Positions 51,801-64,000 of a DNA stretch of 64,000 bases are shown in pieces. The position numbers and the translations under genes were made by a program. The stretch comes from Lingula anatina. Its lineage: Eukaryota; Animalia; Brachiopoda. A model generated the notes under the pieces. That model was not told the origin of the DNA and did no database searches. It saw nothing but the letters and a program-made list of their open reading frames with translations. The stretch is taken from positions 3,472,001 to 3,536,000 of the forward strand of contig CM120642.1 of NCBI GenBank assembly GCA_051362555.1, written 5' to 3'. Position 1 is the stretch's first letter. Every line of letters starts with the position of its first letter.

Positions 51801-54800
51801 AGTGGGACTGAGTTGCCATCTTGTGTCGTTGAAGTGTTTGGGAATGTTTGCACCACGGAAGGACATTCAGATCTAGGATACTTTAGTAAGTCTTTATTTC
51901 TGTTTTAAAAAATGGCCAAGGGTCTTTTCTTGTGGACACCATGGAGGGTTCTTTATTTTTTGAAACATTGTGTATGTACTTCATTAGGCTAGGAGTAGTA
52001 TCTCCTTCTTGAGGGATTTGATTGTTTTGTATTCGCTTGACAAGAATTTTTGTACAATTCATGGAGGGCAACAGGTTCGCTCAATAAGGTGGTCAGAATT
52101 GATGGTGATTGGCAAGTTTGGGAAAGAATGGCCTAATTTATTTATTTATTTTTATTTTTTGTCTACTTTTTGCAAAGTCATTAAGTAATATGTCACTGTT
52201 TTGGAATTGTTTTTACAGTTCTTTGCTTGATTCTTTCAAGGAAATCTGATGAAAAGATTAGTTCCTGTCACTGCCAGTGGTTGGAAATAGTATAGGGGTT
52301 TGAAGTGTGGTAATATGAGTCAAGATAGCAACAGATAGCACCTTTTGGCATGTAATCAGTGCTTTGGTAAAAACTGGGTTGAGGTCCTCTACCACACCCC
52401 TTGTGAGCTGCCGCTTTATGTATGTTTTCCAATTTATTATCATGCATTAAGTGTTTTTACTATTCTGCAAAGAAATATAAGGGAACAAATGAGAGCATTG
52501 CCAAGTACCATGTTTTTTTCTCGCAAAACTGTTATCAGTCGTAGAGTTGAAAGTTTATCTAACTAGATGCAATTTCATTCAGAAGCCAAGGAGGGAATTA
52601 TTTATGAAACTAATAGCAGAAGGCAGTGACGCCCAGCTTAGAGAGGTGATTTGAACCTGAATGATGAATTGATGTGAGTAATGATGTCATTTTGAAATTC
52701 TTTTTTGTTGTAAAAAATATAAAACTTCTAACCTTGCTAAACAGTACCAAAGACCAACAGTTTGTTCAGGGACAGTCATTGGTAGCTGGGTCAAGCAAAT
52801 ACATGTCAGATGTGACATGAAACCACTGTAGGTAATAACTAATTAAACAGCATTTTGGCATACCCTTGGCTTTTGTCAATATTTAGGGATTTTATATATG
52901 GAGTTTGTTCATCTCTAGCTAGCAAGAATGACCAGAGTTGGACTAGTTTTGTGAAGTTTTAATTCTAAATTTGAAGGCACATGGGTTATGACAACATTTG
53001 AAGCACATTCAAGAATTTCAAGATATTTTAGTGCATATTAGGATTCTGTTTGTATTAAGCAGGTGGAAAAAATAATATGAAAAGGCTCAGTATAACTTTA
53101 TCATTTCTAATTAATCCTAATTATTATTAATTTGATTATAATATATATATTTAAATATTATATTTAGCACATAATAAATTATGTAATGACACTTCATCAT
53201 GTGCTCATATTTAGGAGAAGGGAAGTACAGAAAAAGAAAATGAATTTCTATTTTTCCTAGAAGCTAAAAGTGATACCAAAAAACAGTGCAGATTAATAAA
53301 GGTTACTGCCCAAGCACATATTCCATGTGTCACCAAGCAGAAGTGTCACCATGTTGACAATATCGTCTGTGTATTTGACAGTGGGTGGCACATACCATTC
53401 TAATGAAAGAGAATCAACACTGTATCCAAACTTTCAGTTTTTGTCCCGAATTGGTCATCATTTATTTTAACACTACTGTGCTAATACCGCAAATATCTAT
53501 TCCTTTTTTGAATGGAAACTGCCGCGGGCGGGGTATAAAGTATTAACTGATTAGACTTAAGGCTGGCAGATATGGAGACCTGTTATCTTTTAATTCAATC
53601 GCTCAACAACATAGGTGAAATTCCTCCCGAAATATTTTTAATGACGGACTTAAATCTAATGTTACATTGTAAAAAGTATGTAGTATATCTGTGTGGGAAA
53701 TAACCTTGCTGCCAAGGAAACTGTTTGGAATTCCTTTTATCTGGGCTACTAATACTCTTGTTTGCATTGAATGTTATACCTTGATAATATTATTGGAACT
53801 GTTAGGGAAGTAGTATAGATATGTGCATGCCATTGGGGGTCAAATCCTAACCTATGGGCCTAATGGTCAAGTCAACTTGATAAGAAGTAAAATAAGGTCT
53901 TAAATTTACTTAGATGTATTCATTTGAATGATTTCTAATACATTGATATTATGACAGCCATACATCCACCATAGATTAAAATGAAAGAAAATTGGATTTG
54001 TTTGTGTATTTATAAATGGTGTATTTATGAAAAGTGCTATAGCTCAGTGTTGAGATTGTCATGGTATTGGGGCAGCACTGTAGGTCCACTATGGGTAACA
54101 GTAGTAACAGTTAAGGCTGTACTATAACAATTAATGCCATTTGGATTAAGGTGTTGCTGAAACTTTAACTGTACAGATGGCTTTGGTGTCTCTAAACATG
54201 TTTGTGCCGCTCTGCCATTTGATGAATGACTTTCGGAAGCTGCTCTAGCTCTCTGGAGTTCACTGTAATTTTATTTGCCTGATTAAACATAAATTGACAA
54301 CTGCGATATTTTATTTTTAAAAATTATCTACAGTATGTGTGTCATTCAGAAAATTCTCCCTGATTTCTCCACAAAAAGTATTCCCAGTTATGTCACAGGT
54401 ATCTCACTTGAGAATCTAGCCACATAACAGCCTTTTATTATGGAGATTTTAAAATGTGATTTTAAGGAGGCTCAATGGTTGCCTCAGCTTTCAATATAAG
54501 TGTGCTACACAATACTTGTGGCTCCAGCATTCCTCGTGTAAAAGTTCAGGTCACCAGTAAGGTGAAATATTTTGCTAAAACACATATCAGTGGAATGACA
54601 GACTCCACTCTTGGCACTGGTTGGTGACTGTTTTGTATAGGACAGAATGGCAATTGTTTACCAAGCACTGATCATGAAATAATCTTGAATGTTTATATAA
54701 TATATAAATATGCATATATTGTAGATTTATTGGCTAACTTTTATGTGACTGATCTGAATTGATCCAATGGCATAGGGTATTTTGATTACATATTCAGTAT

Positions 54801-57486
54801 CATGCATAGTCCGTAGCATGTGGACAAGAAATCAAGTTGTGGCTGATTTAAATCAGTTGAGTTGTCGTAATCGGTGCTGAAAGCCCTTAGGTACTGACTA
54901 GGTTGATGGTGTTTGGAAAGACGAGTATAAGGCACGAGGAGAACGAGATGCCTGACACTTTCTTAATGATAATCAAGGTTAAGCATATCGCCCCTTGCTA
55001 GAGATTTGTTTGTTAATAATGGGATGCCATTTGTTCACTTTATTTTCATTAGAACTGTCCCTAAAGCAGTTTTTTTCATTTGTCATGTAGTATGTAACTT
55101 TTTTGTCTGTGGAGTACATCTAAGCACGTCTTAGTGGCCCCCATCCAGGATTTAAGGGTTATCTTAATTTTTTACCAGGTACCAGTACCAATTTGCCTTA
55201 TTGACTATATGATTCAAAGATTCGAAAAAAAAAATATTATAAAAGAAAAAGAAAGCCTTATGCTACCTCACACTTTAGTATGCTTTCTTGCAGTTAGATC
55301 TCTCAATAGATAGCTGATGTTTGCTCACAAAAAGACTTGGAAACCCATAGCCTTTTACTATGTGACACATAGAGGTTGCTAGCAAACAGAGTTAAATTCA
55401 CTGTGTCTGTGGCACATATTTCTTATGATCCTGTTCTTTTCATTTTTGCCCTAAAAGTTTGCCGTGTTTTATGAAGGGATGGGAGCAGCCACACAGAACT
55501 ATATACTCACTGATCCAGAAATCCTTGTTTACAATTTCTTAAGTTGATTGTGTAACCAGTTGGTAACGGATAATGTTGTCACCTGCGTGCTCCTTAAAAA
55601 ACAGTGTTAATCTCTGTCTCTGCGTGACGAAGACCCCATTCACTGAATATACAGGCAGTTTTTTTTTTACAAATATGATGTTTTAAGAAAGTCTAAGATG
55701 AAATTTAAGAAACATCTTTGATTTTTTAAGGCTCGTTCTTCTTAAATGTAGCAATATCACTTGACATGAACTGGACTATATCCACAAGGAAATGATCTAT
55801 TTTACCTGACAGGAGTGTTTGTTAGCATAAAGGAGATTGTTGTTGGAAAGAGGATTTGGGAGGAAAAGGTTATGTTTAAATTAAAGACACTTCCATGCCT
55901 TTTGATTTCTTGAATGGCATGAATACACCCCTTCAGTCATGAAATTTCACCACCCATGAGAACATGATTTGAATGTCCTTCACGGCATGTTGCCTTTTGC
56001 ATTAAGATATCCTTGAATTGGTCAGAAATGTTAAGAGTATCATTATATGAAACAACTTTTTTTCGCATTTTTTATGATTTTTGTCTTCTACGTCAAATAG
56101 ATTTTTATGTATATATATATATACATATCAATTAATACATTGTTTGTGTAAAGTTGTAAATCTCTTGTGTGAGGTATTAATGTTAATGTCTTCTGTATTG
56201 CATCAATGTGATCTGACATTTTATTAAAAAAAGTACAGACTTACACTTAAAAAATTGAGATTTTCTGTTTAAATTTATTACATGCCCGTAAGGCTTTGAA
56301 TATTTTCTGAAATATATGGTGTATAGCTGTGTTCTTGGTATAGAATGTTAGTGGCATCTCAGTTGGACGTGTACATGGGGAGATTGAAATGGTTCAGATC
56401 AAAAAGTTTTATATCGAGGGAAATGGTTCAGATTTGATTTTTTTTATGAAGTTGCCTTTACATATGTAACCTTACAATTGCAAGGTGGTCATTGGCTTCT
56501 GTCTAGCCCTTGGCTAAAGTCACCCCCTGGTGCTGTAGCATGAATGGCTTTAGGAGCTAAAATCAGCCGGGTGGCGCGACTGGGACTTTTTGCCTGGGGC
56601 ATGGGCCTTTCGGCAATTTCGGCCCCAGTTCCTCCTTGAATTAATGGTTTTGGATCACTGGGTAAGTGCTTCCAATTGACTGCTTTTCATAAAAGAGTTC
56701 ATCAAAAGAACCCCCCTCCCTCACAAAGCCGCCCCTATGAAGTAAAAGGAAACCTTATGCATTGAAATACCAGTTTATTCGCCATGATCTGTTTGTTCTT
56801 CAATTGTCCATGCTCACACTGGATGCAGTCAAGTTCTAGATGATAAAAGGTAGGACTCAAGATTCCCATGGATTTGATATTGGAATAATATTATTAGATT
56901 TTGTTGTCCGAAGATAGATCAAGGCCTTAGTCGCGAGTCAAGTCTTATGTAACATACGGAGAGAGAAAGAGCATTATTTTCAATTTGTTTGGGTCACTTT
57001 TAATCTTTTTTGCGATCAGTACTCATGAACTGGGGTGTGAGTATGGGTGGGGCCGTTCCTTAACCAGGTGTTATGACCTAAGTCTTGTAAAGACAGATTG
57101 TGAATTGGCCAAATATACACCAATTGAAAGCCTCAAAAGAAGCCATTGGACACTTTTGCTTTATGTCATATACTGGGCTGCATTTGACAATTACTTTAGA
57201 TAATTCTGTCTGGCGCAGGCATTGAGATTTAATGTGCAGATCTTTTAAGAATCCCTACTAAATGTATGCGGTTTGGTGTTCTTAGTATCCCGCCATTCCA
57301 GTTTTCAATAAAGTCAGTCTCCGGCTCATTTATCCAAAGAATGTCACTTTGTTACATTTGATATAATGCCACATCATCCCGTCATATGATCCCATTTACG
57401 GCATCCATCACTGGCGACATATGGTGAACTTTGAGCTGTCCTTGATGCTTGCCTTTTTTGAGCTCTCATTATACTAGGATCTAATA

Positions 57487-57540
57487 CAGGGCCGTAAGCT
57501 GGAGGGGGGGTGGGGGGGGGGGTCAGAAGGGGTTTTGAAC
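57487..57540 (+). repeat. 5' end fragment of the same repeat family
   Basis: cagggccgtaagctgg, then a G-tract, then ggtcagaagggg. Confidence 0.45.
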
Positions 57541-58051
57541 AGCACATGAGTTAATCATAAAGTGAAGAAACAATATCAGAGTCAGGTCCTAAAAGATGAG
57601 GATGATAAATAAAAAAAGTGTATATATATATTTTTTTCTTTTTTTGCAATGAAAAGAGTGATAAAAATAACTAAAACTATAAAATTATAAAATTTTCTAC
57701 TAAAACATAAAAGAAGAATGGTTTAAGCATTTAATCATTCAAATTATACAAAATAGACTGTTCAATTCAAATTAGTTTATATATTCAAATATGTGAGTTC
57801 CCACATGAGCTATAAATTGCAAAGTGCAGTTGAACTAGTGGCAGTCTTCAAAGGTAATCACTCGCTGTCCACATTGGCACACTGTCATAAAAGAAAGATG
57901 TCTGCTATTGTTTTGATATTACTGAACATGTGACACATGTGAGTGCTTAGTATTGTGCCAGCTGAAAACCCACCCACTCTGGACGATGTACAAAACCAAT
58001 GTTAAAAGGCATAGGTTATAATATAACGTAGTCATTTACACACCCCTCTTT

Positions 58052-58278
58052 GGGACCATTCCCATAACCTTATGGTACTAGCAGGATCGATCTATCTTCG
58101 AGGGGATTCTCTCTAAATTGCATTCAGTTTAACCATGCACGAACATTAATTACTCCCTGAGCAGCTTCAGTGGGCGTGACAGACATTAAAGCTGCTTAAA
58201 CTGAATGCAATTTAACGAAAATCCCCTAGGAGTTAGATAGGTCCTGCTAGTACAATAGTTTATGGAAACCCAGTCTTA
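58052..58278. mobile_element. Degenerate palindromic MITE
   Basis: Inverted arms of about 70 bp: gtactagcagga...aggggatt...taaattgcattcagtttaa versus ttaaactgaatgcaattta...aatcccct...tcctgctagtac. Confidence 0.7.
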
Positions 58279-59439
58279 GAGCAAGCTGACAGCCGTGTTT
58301 ACATGGTAGAAATAATAGATAGATGGCATTAGATTCAGCAGAGATGACAGTAGGGCTTAGATGAATTGCGCGATGCTCAATAATTCAAAGATACAACTTA
58401 CACGGCATCTGTATCATTTGTCATTTGAATTCATAGATACATTGTAAATCATCAGCTAAGAATTCCCATACCCACTGTGCAAATTTCTATTCCTATTAAT
58501 ATCATGTATGGACATTTATTAGTCAGATTTATTTCAGCACACTCAATATTCTGCAAACTGACTGAAATAAATGAATGGTTGGTATTAGTCAAAACAGCAT
58601 AGTAGTCTATTTATAGAGAGAGAGATGGAAAACTGGATAGTAAACTTGCTTAAAGCACACCACCTTTAACTGTCTCGCATGCAGGTATCAGCAGACATTG
58701 TGTCAGCACAAATTGTACCTGCTTAATAGATCTAGTATTCCTTTGTTACTAGACACATAATGTATTGATGAGCAGCGTGTGTAATGCACAAGTTTATTTA
58801 AGCATAGGACAGTGTTACATTGAGGCAGCGGTCCATTGTTGGATTTTGTTAAAATGATGAACTACATGTATATATAACAGGTATTGGTAAGAGTTCCACC
58901 TTTAAGTTTATGTAGGATTGCGAGACTGACACTGTTTGGAGTGCGCAGCACAGGATGTACTTGTATTGGGGAAACTTTGAGAGCCTGTGGCATGTGGAAG
59001 GTAAAGCAGCACAGTGGAGTTACCAGTCTACAAAGATGGATCTCAAATATGCATCACACCTTCATCATAGTTTATCTTTCTAGGTTGCAGCAACAGGGTG
59101 GTTACAGCAAGAAGAGGTCATGTAGTGGTTGATTATAAATCTAGTGGAATGAAGATTGATATTTTAGTTTAATACCTTTATTTCTGTCAGGTTTTCTGTG
59201 TTGCAGGGGTGGAACCTAGATGCAGATATATCATATTTTGTAAGAATGGATATAATTGCAGATTCAGGTTATAGTTGTAAGATAATATTTCATTTGTCAT
59301 TTGTTCCTTTTTTTCTAGATATCTGCAATTCAACTTGTTGCAGTTATAAATTGTAAAGCAGTGATGGAAGTGATTTCTTACATGCCTCCAGAAAATAGTA
59401 TTTTATGTTTTAAATAATTTGTTTTCTTATCTTTGTTAG

Positions 59440-60324
59440 GTTGCAATAACAGTCTATTGGCTGGGCAAGACAGTTGAGGGAACGTACAATGGCCCTCAGT
59501 TAGACTTCAGCGCATTTACTGGATTGATCAAGAACCAAGGGACAGGAAGTCTTTTTGAGCACACGCCACGAGCACACACACGACAAGATTCGGCAGACTC
59601 CTATGAACATTCGAGTGCGTATGGGTCATACAGAAGCGAGGATGTGAATCACAAGACCAGTACACCTGGTCACCATAGTAACACGTCATACGATTCAGTG
59701 GAACAGCCACGTTTTCTGCAGGATATTAGTACAGGCAGTGGCCACCATCAAAGGGAGAATTCATACGACTCCTTCGGATCATTCGATCGCCATAACTCAG
59801 ACGATAATAGTTTTGAAAACATGCCAGTGCGAAACAATATGCAGCATTACGGAAGCGCAGGTAATCTCAGCCATTCAGGACAGCTACGCTATTCTGCGAC
59901 ACTGGACGGGCTTTACTCCGATGAAGTTCCCTCGATGCAACAGAAAGCAAGTAAGTTCGATGTTCACCACAGGAGTAACCCTGACCTAACCAAGACATAC
60001 ACGTTTGGATTGCCTGCGGAACACCAGGGCAGATACAGATCTGGAAGCACACAAAACATACACCACCAGAGGTTCTCTTCCACAGACAGTCTCGATGGAA
60101 ATTCTTATGGAAATCATTCGCGCCAATCATCTGGAAGTAGCGAGAATGCTTTCTCAAAAAGTGTGCGACGGACTAGCACGGCAAATCTTCCATACGATCC
60201 TTTGCAGTTCATTAAAGTTGGGAAAGCTCCTCTGGCTGAGGAAGCCAAGGAGACTATCACTCTTGTTAAAGAAGTAAAAGAATTGAAAAAGAAAATTGAA
60301 CATGAGGATGAGGACTGGCAATCG
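59440..60324 (+). CDS. LMO7: LMO7/LIMCH1-family exon 6 (end of CH domain VAITVYWLGK..YNGPQLD, Ser/His-rich region, ...EDEDWQS)
   Basis: ctttgttag| acceptor. 885 nt open, in frame with ORF 59524..60375. Donor TCG|gtaggt, with an alternative donor at 60348/60349. Confidence 0.92.
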
Positions 60325-60360
60325 GTAGGTGAAGCTGACTGGCATGCGGTAGGTGAACCT
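60313..60360 (+). repeat. 24-nt tandem duplication spanning the exon 6 splice donor
   Basis: GACTGGCAATCG|GTAGGTGAAGCT followed by GACTGGCATGCG|GTAGGTGAACCT. Confidence 0.85.
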
Positions 60361-63300
60361 TTTTGCACATTTTAACCACAATAACATCTAAAGGGGCATT
60401 TACACACTCGGGTTGAAGTGACCAGTTGAATGAAATGCAGTCTTATATATAAATATTTCTAAGAAAACCAATTATCAGATTTTACAACATCCATTTGAAA
60501 TGGCATCACAGCATATTGCTTTCATATAGCCCCATTGGGAATCTATAGCCTGCCTTACAAACTGATTTGCGGGAATTGTTATTTGGCCAAGCTGGATATA
60601 TTAAAGCAACAAATTATCATTTCTTGCATGTTGAAATCATAAATAAGAGATATCAACTGGATCACTCCAAAATTGTGTGTGTAAATGGCTCCTTACAGTC
60701 ATGAGTCCACTACAGTGGGGGTAAGTCTTTGCACACATGCATGAAAAAAAAGCATGCATTGAAGAAAATCTAACTAGAAAATCAAAATGTGACTCACAGC
60801 ACTCACGATGCAAGATGGCAGCTTGCGGTGCATTGTGTTTTGTGGTGGCATCAGCTTGCGATTGGCTTTGGAATGAGCTTTTTACTACCATATATGGCTC
60901 TTTATTAAATGGATTCCATTCCATTTCTGATGACGGAATTAATGAAGCTTGTGTCATTATCAAAACTTAAACTAAAATATATTTGTAACATCTTTTTAAT
61001 ATTTATTTAAGTGGAATATATATACATATACATCTATATATCTCAAAAAAGGATATGTATATGTAGTTACTGAAAATAATTTTAAAATTTAGACTTTATA
61101 CTGTGCACCACTCACAACACCAAAGCTGTTGCGTCAGTTTAGATTAACCAGAATGTAAAAAGAGTGCACCCTATTAGAGCTGTCTCCTCATGATCAGTGA
61201 ATACGTCCTTGACAAAGTGAAATTTGTCAGCTGTTAGAGAACAAAATGTGCAAATCAAATGGCAGAATAACATATTGTAACATAGGGGTATGCTGTAATA
61301 TGGTAACTTAATGACTCGAACACAGAGCCCTAGGAGTATTCAAACTGTTACGATAATGGTTGAAAAGAGTACATTTTGGCATGCTGTTATGCAATCTGCT
61401 TGAAAAATTGGTGCAGACCTGGGATATGCTAAGATATGACGACAGTTATCACAATAAAATTGTAAAAGTGTAATTAAATTTTTCAGCATTAAAGCATTTT
61501 ATGACCAGTCCAGAAGTTGACCAGTTGCTTGATAAAAAAAGTAGACAGAGAAGAAAAGGAAAAAACTCAAGACCAGTAATTCATAATAAGGAAGTAGATA
61601 AAATGGTTTTCTTTATAATGGATGATGATGATGCAAACTGAAACAGAAGGGGATGAAGAAAAACTTTTTTTTTCAATTAATTGGGGGTGGGCAGATTGGT
61701 GCAAGTGGTACAATGCACTCTCTGCTCTGTCATTACTTTAACCTATGTTTGTGGTGTAGAATACTAAGGTTGCATGATTGGTAGCAATTTATTTAATAAT
61801 AGACATTTGCATGTCTATGGAATGCAGTGTCAGGCCACTTAATAGGGGTATGTAGATTGTTGGGGTGTTTTCAACAATTGTGCATTCTCTGTCACTGGGA
61901 GTGATTGGAATGTAATATCAAACAGAAAATTGATTTGAATGCAGACACTGTCAAACCTTACATACTGCTGTCAGAGGAGGATGACAGCATATCATGAACC
62001 AAAATGATTGAAATATGAAAAGTCCAGTGGGTCAAAAATGACATCAGCAGTTTTCAGTGAGAAAGAAAGAAAGACAATCAAATTCTTCAACTCCATTGCC
62101 GTTTCACAGCAGTTTTCACTCAGTGTGGTCTAAGTGATTCCAGGTTATGTTGAGATTATATGGATATGAGTTTCCCCGTGAAGAAAGGAGGGGGTCTGAG
62201 TTGAACACTTGTCTATCTGCCATTTGATTGCACATAGTTCATAACTGAGCACATTGACCATTTTGTTTTCTCAACCAAATTCTCCTCTAACACAATCAGT
62301 TCATGTCAATACACCTGACTATACTACCTGTAGATAGACCTATGACTGTAAATGATTTTAATTAGTAATGATCATGATTTTATTTTGTTGATTACCAAAC
62401 ATTATATGTAGATACATGGAGAAGTTATCTAAACAGAAGCAGGAATATCTAAAGTGTTAGTTTGTAGTCATCACTGTCATTGGCAGCCTATCAGTCAGAC
62501 AGCCCTATAGATGGTGATGGGTACATACTAACATTGTTTAAGGTTTCCACTGCCTGTGTTAAGAGAACTTCTCACTGTAAGATACATATCTTAATGTAGT
62601 GAACCTTCTCAATTCACTAATTACTATGTGAAAATTTATTATATATAATTGATAATTTCATAATTATCTTTTTCTTCAGTACAATTTTTAGATATTCCAG
62701 GCTGTTAAGAAAACCTATTGTAAAATTGAGTTTGTTTTCAGAGTCAATTAATTTTTTTATTGATATATAAGAATGTTTGTCATCAACTTGTTTTGAAAAT
62801 TTGTGGTTGTGTACTTGTAGTAAACTAAAAAAAAAAAAAAAGAATTCATGACATTAAGAGTTTGAATTTGTAGCCAAGGCCACCTTTTTCACTTCAGTGT
62901 TTTAATAATATATTTTTTTCTTTTTTATCAAGTTCCTAACTTGTGGGTTAGGATAGAAATATGATTATTAACAAATCCTTGAAGGGACTACAAATTAAAG
63001 TACCAAGGCAAACTGTTGATTTCCTTATGTAGTCATCAAAGTCTCAGTTGGGGAAACAGATGTTTATTACCAGTCTCTAGTTAACATTGTCTTTTGACAC
63101 ATTGAAATTATCCGCTTTTTGACACAATATGTACCATTTAAATACTATTAGGAAAAAGTGAATAACAAGTAAAGTGAAACAGTAGGGTAACAAAGGGTGG
63201 CAAAGGCTAGTGGTTTGATTAGTTTTAGTTAAAGCATTGGACTTTTGAATTTGACATTTGTGATGCTGTTGCAATAGGTTCATTTCACAAAAGAAGTGAA

Positions 63301-63742
63301 TCTCTGAGTCACATCAGTGATGCATTTCTCTCCACATTGGAGGGTACTACAGTATTTAACTGATACAGCAAAAATAATGGGACAAGGCAGAGGTAGAGCT
63401 ACGCAAATATAACCTGAAATACGGCTATCTTTGATGTGGCTCAGAGAGACACTTTTTTGTGGAATGACTCAACATTGCAGCTTGTTTGACTCACTAGTAT
63501 TTAAATAATTGACTAGTCTGGTGGATAAAAATAAATCATTTTGACTAAATGATATTAAGTTGATATTTACTAAAATGAAATATTTTGCAACTCTATCACT
63601 GAAATTGGTTAAGAGTTTTTTTAGGATGAAAAGTAAATTTAGCTATAATAAATATAATTAAAAAGATTACATGAGAGTAAGATGAGCTGCAGTAAGTAAA
63701 ATAATAAATAATTTAACCAATCTACCTGATCTGTGTTTGTAG

Positions 63743-63885
63743 AATCTGTCAAGTTGGAAGCAGCGGAGGCGAAGTAAGTCGTCACACTCGTACCAAGTGA
63801 AGGAGGACTTAGACAACATGTTCCAAGAGGAGGAACCCAAATCTGGGCGAGGCATAAAATCTTTTGCAGAAATGAGAAAAGAAAG
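63743..63885 (+). CDS. LMO7: LMO7/LIMCH1-family exon 7 (NLSSWKQRRRSKSSHSYQVKEDLDNMFQEEEPKSGRGIKSFAEMRKE); gene continues beyond the window
   Basis: tgtttgtag| acceptor and AG|gtgggt donor. Joined to exon 6 it gives WQS-NLSSWKQRRRS, the DUF4757-type WQDDLARWKSRRRS motif of LMO7/LIMCH1. Confidence 0.88.
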
Positions 63886-64000
63886 GTGGGTACCTCAAAT
63901 ATGATAGAATTAATTCTGTATTAATTACATATAAAGAAGTGTTGAAAAACAGAATGAAGAAAATGTTTTAAAATGGACATAAAAGCTTGAAGCACTGTGA

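Noticed and set aside
59528-60387. Several overlapping alternative-frame and antisense ORFs
   Set aside because: Shadows of the long GC-richer coding exon 6.
1-64000. tRNA, rRNA, snRNA or snoRNA genes
   Set aside because: None recognised by eye; tRNAscan-SE and an Infernal/Rfam scan would be needed to exclude small intronic RNAs.

Overview
AT-rich, intron-rich, CpG-depleted animal genomic DNA, most likely from an invertebrate; it is not prokaryotic, and most ORFs in the supplied track are spurious. Most of the window (4303-63885, + strand) is the 5' part of an LMO7/LIMCH1-family gene. Seven phase-compatible GT-AG exons encode a calponin-homology (CH) domain, a Ser/His-rich disordered region and the start of the DUF4757-type 'WQ..L..WK.RRRS' region, and the gene continues past the window end. 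Head-to-head with it on the - strand (~3849 to 2410) is a compact spliced gene with an unusual MYND zinc finger - linker - ubiquitin-like (UBL) - NAC-alpha/HYPK-type UBA architecture and no evident in-frame AUG upstream of the MYND finger. This is the best candidate for an undescribed system: a possible MYND-targeted UBL-UBA shuttle or adaptor. A third, weakly supported - strand gene may start near 800 and run off the left edge. The non-coding DNA holds several MITEs, including a near-perfect 267-bp palindrome and a 29-bp hairpin with a target-site duplication, plus a dispersed repeat family, a 22-bp minisatellite, microsatellites, a CAGGTG motif cluster, and a 24-nt duplication that copies an LMO7 splice donor in frame.
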